Origin: Bacteroidales bacterium
Lineage (GTDB): Bacteria; Bacteroidota; Bacteroidia; Bacteroidales; CAIWKO01
DNA length: 34,632 nucleotides
Direction of reading: 5' to 3'
Assembly (NCBI GenBank): GCA_035389045.1
Contig: DAOORA010000008.1
Location: forward strand, 62,001-96,632
Part shown: positions 19,285 through 27,770 of the stretch, one piece after another
Numbering within the stretch: position 1 is the first letter of the stretch
Layout: every line of letters begins with the position of its first letter
Notes under the pieces: model-generated
Told to the model about the DNA's origin: nothing
The model's input: only the letters and a program-made list of their open reading frames with translations
Database searches by the model: none
Translations under genes and position numbers: made by a program

Positions 19285-20442
19285 ATGGCAAAGTCAATTA
19301 CAAAAGGTAAGGCCGTTCAGTCAAAACCCGTAAAAAGTGCTGCAAAACCTGCTGATAAAAAAGCTGATAAAATGGAACCTGCTAAATCAACATCAAAACC
19401 TGAACCCGAAAAACCAGTAAAGACCAAGCCGGCCGCCACACCAAAAACAACTGGCGCAAAAACACCCCCTTTGGTAAAGGAAACAAAAACAGCAGCTGAT
19501 AAAAAAACTGAATCAGCAAAGGATAAAGCGCTGAAACCCGAACCGAAAGGAAAAGAAGCTGCAAAACCTGTATTACCAAAATCTGTCCCGTCAAAAGAAC
19601 TTCCGAAAGATAAATCGAAAAAGCAAACAGCATCTCCATCCGGACAAGAGGAAGTGACTGAAAAACAGCCTTCTGTGTCTGGTACTGAGGAAAAAGGAGA
19701 CAGCACCATTGAGAAAAAGCTGGTGGCATTGTTTGGATTGCAATTAGTTGATACAGAAATCAATAAGATTAGAATTATCCGTGGAGAATTACCACTGGAA
19801 GTTCAGGATCTTGAAGATGAGATTGAGGGACTTGAAACCCGTCTTGAAAACTTCAATACTGAAATAAAAGAATTTGAAAACGCAGTAAAAGAGAAAAAAA
19901 CAGCGATTAAAGAACATCAGGCTCAGATAAAAAAGTACGAATCGCAGCAAATGAATGTCAGAAACAACCGAGAATACGACTCTCTTACCAAGGAAATTGA
20001 ATTTCAGACCTTGGAAATTCAGTTATGCGAAAAGAAGATCAAGGAAATAACCTATGGACTGGAACTGAAAAACAAGGTTATTGACGAAACCAAACAGGTA
20101 CTACAAGACCGGAAAGACGACCTGAAGCAGAAAAAAGTTGAATTGGAAGAAATTGTTGCTGAAACAGAAAAAGAAGAAAAGAAGCTGCTGAACCGACTGG
20201 AAGAAAATCATAAATGTATCGAAGAACGCCTTTTAACGGCCTACCAGCGCATTAAGAAAAACGCCCGTAACGGATTGGCCGTAGTGGTGGTTGAGCGCGA
20301 TGCCTGCGGCGGCTGTTTCAATAAAATCCCTCCCCAGCGACAACTGGATATAAAAGTTCACAAAAAAATCATCGTTTGTGAATATTGCGGAAGAATCCTC
20401 ATTGACAAAACGATAGAAGAAAAAGTCAGAGGAAACAACTAA
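19285..20442 (+). CDS. C4-type zinc ribbon / coiled-coil protein (DUF164, CT398-like) with ~139-aa K/A/P-rich N-terminal extension
   Basis: RGELPLEVQDLEDE, NVRNNREYD, CGGCF..IPPQ, CEYCGRIL, adjacent to Nif3. Confidence 0.92.
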   Translation: MAKSITKGKAVQSKPVKSAAKPADKKADKMEPAKSTSKPEPEKPVKTKPAATPKTTGAKTPPLVKETKTAADKKTESAKDKALKPEPKGKEAAKPVLPKSVPSKELPKDKSKKQTASPSGQEEVTEKQPSVSGTEEKGDSTIEKKLVALFGLQLVDTEINKIRIIRGELPLEVQDLEDEIEGLETRLENFNTEIKEFENAVKEKKTAIKEHQAQIKKYESQQMNVRNNREYDSLTKEIEFQTLEIQLCEKKIKEITYGLELKNKVIDETKQVLQDRKDDLKQKKVELEEIVAETEKEEKKLLNRLEENHKCIEERLLTAYQRIKKNARNGLAVVVVERDACGGCFNKIPPQRQLDIKVHKKIIVCEYCGRILIDKTIEEKVRGNN

Positions 20443-20663
20443 AAAATATGCAGGAACAAAACGTAGTTGTCTTTTGAATTTGACACCTTAGGGCTTATCT
20501 TGTTGAAATCGTGATTTTTAACAAATCCGTTTTCGAGCTACACCCATTAGCTTACCTGTGCGTTATTTTTGTGATTAGCTACAGATTCAGAGCTTAGCCA
20601 GATTGATCCATAGATTGGCCAAACTAATCAGAGTTTGTCCATAATGTCCGACTTCATCCCCGC

Positions 20664-20687
20664 CTCATCCGCCAGCTGGCGGATGAG
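20664..20687. repeat. Perfect 24-bp palindrome
   Basis: CTCATCCGCCAG|CTGGCGGATGAG. Confidence 0.85.
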
Positions 20688-20780
20688 CATTTCTGGAGCA
20701 AGCGTAACAAAGAAAATGGAGTTTACATTCAGACACTAATTATCTTACTTGGTGCTACTTTGTGGTGTACTTTGTGTGCC

Positions 20781-20880
20781 NNNNNNNNNNNNNNNNNNNN
20801 NNNNNNNNNNNNNNNNNNNNNNNNNNNNNNNNNNNNNNNNNNNNNNNNNNNNNNNNNNNNNNNNNNNNNNNNNNNNNNNN
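20781..20880. other. Scaffold gap (100 N) flanked by an identical 55-bp overlap
   Basis: 20726-20780 is identical to 20881-20935. Confidence 0.95.
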
Positions 20881-21040
20881 CATTCAGACACTAATTATCT
20901 TACTTGGTGCTACTTTGTGGTGTACTTTGTGTGCCTTTGTGTTAAAAATAACAACCACTAAAAATCACCAAGCCTATCTGACGGCCAGGCAGACTTTGCA
21001 CAAAGGGTCTCAAGTATGTGAATTAATCAGGTTGGCAGCT

Positions 21041-21077
21041 AAAAAGGTGCAAAGCACTTATGATGCATCCTGTTTTT
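21041..21077 (-). terminator. Possible intrinsic terminator of aspS
   Basis: On the minus strand AGG(A)TGCA...TGCACCT followed by a T run, directly after the stop codon. The stem is imperfect. Confidence 0.35.
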
Positions 21078-22819
21078 TATCCCAGCCTGATGTTCAGTTC
21101 CTTTAATTGTTCGGGAGAAATGCTTGAAGGCGAATCGCTCATTACATCCCTGCCCGAATTGTTTTTGGGGAAGGCGATGTAGTCCCTTATGGAATCAGAT
21201 CCTCCGAAAACAGCGCACAAACGGTCGAAACCAAAGGCAATACCCCCGTGTGGCGGCGCACCGAATTCAAAAGCATTCATCAGGAACCCGAATTGCTTAT
21301 AGGCATCTTCTTCTGTGAAACCCAGCACGCTGAAGACTTTTCGCTGAAGGTCTTTGTTATGAATTCTTATGGAGCCACCACCGATCTCAACCCCATTGAT
21401 CACCAGGTCGTATGCATTGGCTTTAACCCGACCGGGATGAGAATCAAGTAACAGAATGTCTTCGGGCTTGGGAGAGGTAAACGGATGATGTTTGGCATAA
21501 AACCGCTGGGTTTCTTCGTCCCACTCCAGCATCGGAAAATCTACCACCCACAAAGGTTTATACACATCAGGATTACGCAGTCCGAGCCTGTTGCCCATTT
21601 CAAGACGAAGCTCGCAAAGCGCTTTTAATGTTTTTTCTTCTTTTCCGGCCAGTATCAGCATCAGGTCGCCGGGTTGGGCGCCAAAGACCTCTGCCCATAT
21701 TTTCAGATCGTCAGCCGTAAAAAATTTGCTCACAGAAGAACTCAAAGTATTGTCAGTGTTCCATTTAACATAAACCAGGCCGCTGGCACCTATCTGAGGC
21801 ATTTTTACAAATTCCGTCAGTTCATCAATTTGTTTGCGTGAATAATCACCACAGCCCGGGACACAAATACCGGCAACAGTTTCTGCATCGTCGAACACTT
21901 TAAAGCCTTTTCCCCTGACCAGGTGGCTGAGTTCAACAAATTTCATCCCGAAACGGATATCCGGCTTGTCCGAACCGTAGTATCGCATGGCATCATCGTA
22001 CGACATGACCGGAAACTCAGGGAATTCCATTCCTTTAACAGTTTTGAACAGATGCTTGATCAGCCCCTCGAAGGTTTGTAAAATATCTTCGCGGGTAACA
22101 AACGACATTTCACAATCAATCTGCGTGAATTCGGGCTGACGGTCGGCTCGCAGGTCTTCGTCACGGAAACATCGTACAATCTGAAAATAACGGTCAAAAC
22201 CCGCTACCATCAACAGTTGCTTGAAAGTCTGCGGCGACTGCGGCAACGCATAAAACTCACCGGGATTCATCCTCGAAGGAACCACAAAATCCCGTGCACC
22301 TTCGGGGGTGGATTTGATGAGGTAAGGGGTTTCTATTTCCATGAAATTCTGCGCATTCATGTAAATTCGCGTTTCCACGCTCAGTTTATGCCGCAATTCA
22401 AGGTTGGCTTTGTTTACAGAACGGCGAAGGTCTATGTAACGGTATTTCATCCTGAGTTCATCGCCCCCGTCGGTGTTGTCTTCAATGGTGAAGGGAGGTA
22501 TCTTCGAGGTGTTGAGAATTTCAAGTTCATCCACCATTATTTCTATTTCGCCGGTTGGCATTTTGGGGTTTTTATTGCTGCGCTCGGTAACAACGCCTGT
22601 CACAGAAACAACATACTCCCGGCCAAGTTCTCTTGCTTTCTCACACAAAACCGGATTGACATCCATATTAAAAACAAGCTGTGTAATTCCATAACGGTCG
22701 CGGAGGTCCGCAAAAGTGAGGCCGCCCAGGTTCCTGGAACGCTGCACCCAGCCGGATAAAACAACTTTTTTTCCCTGATCTGCTATCTTTAATTCCCCGC
22801 AGGTATGACTTCTTAACAT
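21077..22819 (-). CDS. aspS: Aspartate--tRNA ligase
   Basis: [65 protein letters not shown]. Confidence 0.98.
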   Translation of the reverse strand: MLRSHTCGELKIADQGKKVVLSGWVQRSRNLGGLTFADLRDRYGITQLVFNMDVNPVLCEKARELGREYVVSVTGVVTERSNKNPKMPTGEIEIMVDELEILNTSKIPPFTIEDNTDGGDELRMKYRYIDLRRSVNKANLELRHKLSVETRIYMNAQNFMEIETPYLIKSTPEGARDFVVPSRMNPGEFYALPQSPQTFKQLLMVAGFDRYFQIVRCFRDEDLRADRQPEFTQIDCEMSFVTREDILQTFEGLIKHLFKTVKGMEFPEFPVMSYDDAMRYYGSDKPDIRFGMKFVELSHLVRGKGFKVFDDAETVAGICVPGCGDYSRKQIDELTEFVKMPQIGASGLVYVKWNTDNTLSSSVSKFFTADDLKIWAEVFGAQPGDLMLILAGKEEKTLKALCELRLEMGNRLGLRNPDVYKPLWVVDFPMLEWDEETQRFYAKHHPFTSPKPEDILLLDSHPGRVKANAYDLVINGVEIGGGSIRIHNKDLQRKVFSVLGFTEEDAYKQFGFLMNAFEFGAPPHGGIAFGFDRLCAVFGGSDSIRDYIAFPKNNSGRDVMSDSPSSISPEQLKELNIRLG

Positions 22820-22901
22820 AAACTGTGATTTTGAGGGCTAAATTAATCATATTAGCGTATCCTATTGATGGGTATTTGATTATTTTTGTGAAAATTGTTT
22901 T

Positions 22902-23348
22902 ATGGACCTGGTGTATTTTTCGGATGAAACCTTTATGAAAGAAGCCTTGAAAGAGGCGGTAAAAGCCTATGATGAAGACGAAGTTCCTGTGGGTGCGGTA
23001 GTGGTTTGTCAGAACAAAGTGATCGCCCGTGCCCATAATCTTACCGAACGGCTGAACGATGTGACAGCCCATGCCGAGATGCAGGCCATCACCGCCGCTG
23101 CAAACTTTCTCGGAAGCAAATACCTGACCGACTGTACACTTTATGTGACCCTTGAGCCTTGTGTGATGTGCGCGGGAGCCTTGTTTTGGTCGCAGATCAG
23201 CAGGGTGGTTTATGCAGCCGGCGATCCCAAACGGGGTTATACCCTGATAAATGCCACCGTACTTCATCCGAAAACTAAAGCAGAAGGCGGGTTAATGCAG
23301 GATGAAGCAGCCAGGCTGATGGAGGAGTTTTTTAAGAAAAAGAGGTGA
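22902..23348 (+). CDS. tadA: tRNA adenosine deaminase
   Basis: EVPVGAVVV, TAHAEM, TLEPCVMC, C-terminal FFKKKR. Confidence 0.9.
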   Translation: MDLVYFSDETFMKEALKEAVKAYDEDEVPVGAVVVCQNKVIARAHNLTERLNDVTAHAEMQAITAAANFLGSKYLTDCTLYVTLEPCVMCAGALFWSQISRVVYAAGDPKRGYTLINATVLHPKTKAEGGLMQDEAARLMEEFFKKKR

Positions 23349-23488
23349 TTTCTTAGGCGCAGAATTAATCCATACATTACGCTACAGATTTTCCATGTCG
23401 GGATTTGCACCCGGCAGATCGTGTGCGGGCCAGGCCAAATTAACCCGCAACTTTTGGAAGTTGCCATCAATCTCTCCAAAAAACCCTC

Positions 23489-24211
23489 GTCCCGTTAGGG
23501 ACAACATATCGGTAGAAAGAGAATCCCAAAAACCACCTTTGTCCCGTAGGGACAATATATTTTATATGCATCCAAGATATTTTTTGATTGTGAAAGATCT
23601 ATTTTATTTTTACGATATAATCCGTGCGAATCAACCTATTTGATTAAATCTTCAATAAAAACAATTATTATGGCAAACACTTACACGCAAATTCACATTC
23701 AAGCAGTATTTGCAGAACAAAATCGCGAATGTATAATCAAAAATCATTGGAAAAATGAACTCTACAAATACATCACAGGAATCATTCGTAATAACGGGCA
23801 TAAAATGCTTGTAATTAATGGCATGCCCGACCATATTCATATTTTGTTCGGCATGAGGCCTACACAATCTCTATCAGATTTGCTTCAGGATATCAAGGGT
23901 AATTCATCAAAATGGATAAATGATAAAAAATTTATCAATGGCAGATTCTCCTGGCAGGAAGGATATGGAGCGTTTTCATACAGTAAATCTCAATTACCAC
24001 AAATAATTCAGTACATAGAAAGTCAGGAAGAACATCATAAAAAAAAGACCTTTTTAGCAGAGTACAAAGAGTTTTTAGATGCTTTTGAAGTTGAATATGA
24101 TGAAAGATATATCTTTAATCCTGTTGAGTATTAAAAAAAATATTCCGTACCTACGGCACTTGTAATAACTTTCGCATACTTTTTTTACCGATATTTTATC
24201 CCTATCGGGAT
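23489..24211. mobile_element. Solo TnpA(Y1) element / REPtron-like unit with ~65-bp imperfect inverted arms
   Basis: Left arm 23489-23553 and the reverse complement of right arm 24147-24211 align without gaps (44/65 identical by hand). Each arm has two hairpins. Confidence 0.75.
23670..24134 (+). CDS. tnpA: IS200/IS605-superfamily Y1 HUH transposase (TnpA/RAYT-like)
   Basis: MANTYTQIHIQ start, MPDHIH HUH motif, KGNSSKW, WQEGYGAFS, catalytic YIESQ. No tnpB present. Confidence 0.93.
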   Translation: MANTYTQIHIQAVFAEQNRECIIKNHWKNELYKYITGIIRNNGHKMLVINGMPDHIHILFGMRPTQSLSDLLQDIKGNSSKWINDKKFINGRFSWQEGYGAFSYSKSQLPQIIQYIESQEEHHKKKTFLAEYKEFLDAFEVEYDERYIFNPVEY

Positions 24212-24267
24212 ATTTTTAAATATTCCGGGCCAGCGGCACTTAGGAGTTTTTCATGATTTTTTCCTGT

Positions 24268-24292
24268 TGTGCGAAGTTTGTACCTTCGCACA
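24268..24292. repeat. Palindrome TGTGCGAAG-N7-CTTCGCACA (copy 1), overlapping a -7-like TACCTTCG
   Basis: Perfect 9-bp arms. Related copies at 25902-25921 and 28690-28733. Confidence 0.7.
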
Positions 24293-24335
24293 GTTGAATA
24301 TCAACAAATTAAACATTATCTAAAAAAATAACATC

Positions 24336-24527
24336 ATGAAAAAATCTATTATAATTCTTTCTTTCTTGATGGTTAGTTCAACTTATATTCATTCACAGCC
24401 GGTAAAATTTTCAAGCATGTTTCAATTAGCCTTTGATAATGGGTATTAAGACCATGCTCATTTTCTACATGATTTTAAAAGTTTTACAGGACTTTCTCCA
24501 AAAGAATTTGTTATCGATTTCAAATAA
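24336..24527 (+). pseudogene. Chimeric remnant: signal peptide of a T9SS-cargo paralog fused in frame to the 3' end of an AraC-family regulator
   Basis: Translates MKKSIIILSFLMVSSTYIHSQPVKFSSMFQLAFDNGY*DHAHFLHDFKSFTGLSPKEFVIDFK*. The first ~26 aa match the gene at 25951; the rest is an AraC second-HTH signature with an internal TAA at 24447. Confidence 0.8.
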
Positions 24528-24589
24528 AGACCATTTTTTATAATTTTTTTATTTGCACAAACTATTATTTTTGCATTAAAACGTAAAGC

Positions 24590-25315
24590 ATGAATAAATT
24601 GGAATTAAAACATAACGAAATAATTGACTTTTGTATAGCAAATACAGACGATTCGATTATTAAAAAGTATTCAAGATACTTTAAAGATGGTTATAATGGA
24701 TACGGCATTGATTCGAAAATTCTCGAATCGCAAAAAACTAAATGGTTAGATTCATGGAAAAATGAAATGACTATTTCTGATTACTTAAATCTGGGCGATA
24801 TGCTAATTGCTACAGGTAAATTAGAAGAAGCAAGTTTGGCTACCCAGTTCATAGCATCAAAAAAAGATGAATTTTCAATTGAAACATTTGATAGAGTTGG
24901 AAAGTGGTTGGAAAATGGAATTCAAAACTGGGCAACTACTGACGTATTGTGTATGTTGGTTTTACCCGAGTTTATTTACAACAAAATCATTGAACCCAAA
25001 GATTTTATAAATTGGACAAAATCTGAATCTAAATGGAAAAGGAGAGCAGTTCCGGTAACTTTTTATGAAGTGATTAAAAAGGGCCATAGTCCTGAATCCA
25101 TTTTATCTGTGATTGAGAAACTAATGGAAGATAAAGAAGAAGATGTTCAAAAAGGGTTAGGTACACTTCTAAGAGAAATTTGGAAAAAACAACCTGAACT
25201 AGCAGAAGGATTCCTTTTAAAATGGAAAGATAAATGCGGACGGAAAATAATTCATTATGCGACAGAAAAAATGAATAAGGACAATAAAGCAAAATTTCAA
25301 AAAACAAAAAAATAG
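24590..25315 (+). CDS. DNA alkylation repair protein (AlkD-like HEAT-repeat family)
   Basis: NWATTD, W..SESKWKRRA, D.EEDVQKGLG.LLRE, YATEK. TATTTTTG promoter motif at 24566-24573. Confidence 0.85.
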   Translation: MNKLELKHNEIIDFCIANTDDSIIKKYSRYFKDGYNGYGIDSKILESQKTKWLDSWKNEMTISDYLNLGDMLIATGKLEEASLATQFIASKKDEFSIETFDRVGKWLENGIQNWATTDVLCMLVLPEFIYNKIIEPKDFINWTKSESKWKRRAVPVTFYEVIKKGHSPESILSVIEKLMEDKEEDVQKGLGTLLREIWKKQPELAEGFLLKWKDKCGRKIIHYATEKMNKDNKAKFQKTKK

Positions 25316-25341
25316 TAACAATTGAGCAAATAAATATTAAA

Positions 25342-25684
25342 ATGATTTCCTATTGTGGATTTTACTGTGGCGCATGTCCAAAATATATAAGGACAATGTG
25401 AAGGTTGCAAAGGGGATACTCCAAAATGTGCTGTTGGATACAAATCCTGTCAGGTAAAACCATGCTGCATTGAGAATGGATATAATTCATGCGCAATCTG
25501 TAATAAATTTGAATCAGTTAAGGATTGTAAATTATATAATCCATTTATGATAAGATTTGGACAATTTATTACACGGACAAATCGGAGATTAGGGATTGAG
25601 ATGATAAAGGAAAAAGGGGAAGCCGAATTTGTAAAATACATGATTGATAAAAATTGGGTGACGATTAAGACTGGGAAACAATAA
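25342..25684 (+). pseudogene. Frameshifted DUF3795-type cysteine-rich protein
   Basis: MISYCGFYCGACPKYI, then a frameshift near 25390, then GQCEGCKG...C.VKPCC.E.GYNSCAIC..F...KDCKL...KQ*. Confidence 0.8.
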
Positions 25685-25690
25685 TGCGCA

Positions 25691-25826
25691 GCACACAACA
25701 TGGTATAGTGCATGCGGGTTTCAGAGGTTTTCGAGTGTTTGTGGCTCGTAAAAAAGTTCAGTGTAAACTGATTAGAAATCGCTTCGAAATCCCGCACGAC
25801 ACCATACTATCAACTGTAATAGTGCA
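25691..25826. repeat. attC-like imperfect inverted repeat (cassette recombination-site-like)
   Basis: GCACACAAC starts 7 nt after the stop codon. ATGGTATAGTG-CATGCGGG pairs with CCCGCACGACACCATACTAT with one unpaired base. It ends in a degenerate GTAATAGTGC. Confidence 0.6.
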
Positions 25827-25950
25827 TATTCAAACAAAAGACAGCCAAAAAAAAATTTTGAAAAAAAATGATTTTAAATCTCTTTCATGTGCCCGTTTTT
25901 TGAAGTTTATAACTTCGCACAGTTGAAACATTATCTAAAAAAATAATATC

Positions 25951-27498
25951 ATGAAAAAATCTGTTATAATTCTTTCTTTCTTACTGCTTAGTTCGACTTT
26001 TATTTATTCACAGCCGCTAAAATTTTCAAAGGTGCTTTCAAGTGTCCAAACCGTACAGGCAAGTTGTATCAGACCCGCTGAAAATGATGCTTATATCATT
26101 TCAGGCAGTGCAGGCCAGAGAGGTTTAATATTGAAATCAGATTTAAACGGTAATGTAATTTGGAATAAGACATTTTATAATTATACGCATATATACCCTG
26201 ATATTTGTTTTAAAAGCATAGTTGTCAGTAACGATTCTTCATATGTTGCAGCCGGAAGTTGTTATGATTCTTTGTCAAGCAGAACAAGTATTTTTTGTCT
26301 TAAACTGAATTTCAATGGTGATGTCATATGGTCAAAAACACTTAAGTTTACCGGACTTGAAAGTACTGCCAATTCCATTCAGCAGACCTTGGACTCAGGT
26401 TACATTATAACCGGCTATGGTTGTTTGAACAATGGAAATGACAATAGGATCATACTGGCAAAACTTGATATATCCGGAATTTTGCAATGGGCAAAACAAT
26501 TGATCAGCGGAAGCAATGACGAGATAGGCCTTTCGGTAATACAGGCTCCCGATAGCGGTTTTTTACTAACCGGATATAATACATATAGCGGGGACCCGAT
26601 TCTTACAAAGCTTACACAGGATGGAATGGTTTCATGGTCTAAAATATTCCAGCCATCTGTATCCGGAAATAATTATAATTCAGTATATACTGGTGACGGC
26701 ATTGTATTTAATTCATCAGGCATTTTAATAAAGCTTGATTTTTCCGGGAATATTTTATGGAATAAAGTCTTTAATACCACTATGCCATTTAATTACTGCC
26801 AGATTGTGCCCGGATTATACAAAACAAGTGATGGCGGATTTGCTTTTATATCCGAATCAGAATGTTATAATAGCAGTATAATAAAAACAGATAGTAACGG
26901 AAATTTGAATTGGGCAAAAAACCTGGCTATTATTGCATCAGATGTAATAGAAACCAATGATAAAGGATTTATGGTATTAGGTAATGGGCCAATGTGTGCG
27001 GTAAAATCAGGTGAATATTCTAAAGATGATAGTTTTTTATCAGCAGGCCTTATAAAAATGGACTCGCTTGGCAATGGATTGGATTGTGTGTTTGACAAAA
27101 ATGTAGATTCCGATACGGGCACTATTGGCGTTGTGCCAAATGTATACACCCTTGTCGATGGTGCAACGATTAGCACATTCAATACAATTATTGACCCCAT
27201 CGTTGTTAATAGCTCTTTCGGTTGTGTGCCGTGGGTCGGGGGTATATCAGATATAAAAACTGAAAACAGTATTATAGTTTTACCCAATCCAACGACCGGA
27301 AAAATAAACATTCAGACATCTCAGCATTTTGGTAAAATTAAAACAGTGGAAATATTTGATGGCACCGGACAATTGCGAAAACTAATAACAGACAAATTCA
27401 CGGACACTGACATAGGTTTCTTGGCAAGCGGCTTGTATTTTATAGTGGTAACCAATTTTGACAATGAAAGACTAACAGGTAAAATAATTAAAGAGTAA
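25951..27498 (+). CDS. T9SS type A sorting domain-containing secreted beta-repeat protein
   Basis: Signal peptide, repeated K.D..G...W.K / T.D.GY units, C-terminal domain LPNPTTG.INI...EIFD.TGQ...LASGLYFI...KIIKE. Confidence 0.9.
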   Translation: MKKSVIILSFLLLSSTFIYSQPLKFSKVLSSVQTVQASCIRPAENDAYIISGSAGQRGLILKSDLNGNVIWNKTFYNYTHIYPDICFKSIVVSNDSSYVAAGSCYDSLSSRTSIFCLKLNFNGDVIWSKTLKFTGLESTANSIQQTLDSGYIITGYGCLNNGNDNRIILAKLDISGILQWAKQLISGSNDEIGLSVIQAPDSGFLLTGYNTYSGDPILTKLTQDGMVSWSKIFQPSVSGNNYNSVYTGDGIVFNSSGILIKLDFSGNILWNKVFNTTMPFNYCQIVPGLYKTSDGGFAFISESECYNSSIIKTDSNGNLNWAKNLAIIASDVIETNDKGFMVLGNGPMCAVKSGEYSKDDSFLSAGLIKMDSLGNGLDCVFDKNVDSDTGTIGVVPNVYTLVDGATISTFNTIIDPIVVNSSFGCVPWVGGISDIKTENSIIVLPNPTTGKINIQTSQHFGKIKTVEIFDGTGQLRKLITDKFTDTDIGFLASGLYFIVVTNFDNERLTGKIIKE

Positions 27499-27770
27499 CC
27501 TAACACGGGCGTTTGCGACGCATGTATTTATGTAAATTTCAAAATTTGCCTTTGTGTTAAGTTTGTGCCTTTTAACAAAAAAACTATTCCCCTTTTACCG
27601 ATTTATAAAATAATACATTATCTTTGATTTTAGCATGGTTACTTCAATGATCATATTCATCAAAAGCTGGCGTATAGGTGTGTTTGGGGGTACTATTACA
27701 GGAGTTGTACGTTAAACCAGATAGATAATCATCTTCAGTACAGATAATTAAATCACTAAACAAAAAAGCT

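Noticed and set aside
20443..20720. Possible RNase P RNA or other ncRNA after the Nif3/zinc-ribbon genes, or IS end remnants
   Set aside because: No GAGGAAAGTCC-type core seen on either strand. Short IS-end-like stretches have no partner repeat or transposase remnant I can support.
20726..20935. Perfect 55-bp direct repeat flanking the N run, suggesting a target-site duplication or CRISPR repeat
   Set aside because: The copies abut a 100-N gap exactly, typical of a k-mer overlap left by an assembler. Probably one copy in the real genome.
22217..23267. Long antisense ORFs over aspS and tadA (also 410-838, 1666-2133, 19317-19763, 26865-27311)
   Set aside because: Shadows of well-supported genes on the opposite strand with no recognisable motifs.
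22902..24134. tadA + tnpA as a coupled editing/mobility system
   Set aside because: TadA is an ordinary housekeeping-type deaminase divergent from aspS and lies outside the element arms. The adjacency is best explained by insertion.
24135..24335. tnpB/IscB or omega-RNA downstream of tnpA
   Set aside because: No RuvC-type ORF. The space is explained by the right arm and the duplicated promoter.
24447..24449. Stop-codon readthrough or alternative genetic code in the AraC remnant
   Set aside because: TAA terminates most genes in the window normally and the ORF is a truncated chimera, so a nonsense mutation is simpler.
27615..27670. Second AraC-like fragment (GYF..H..IK-like) upstream of the GNAT gene
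   Set aside because: Requires frameshifts and the match is too short to support.
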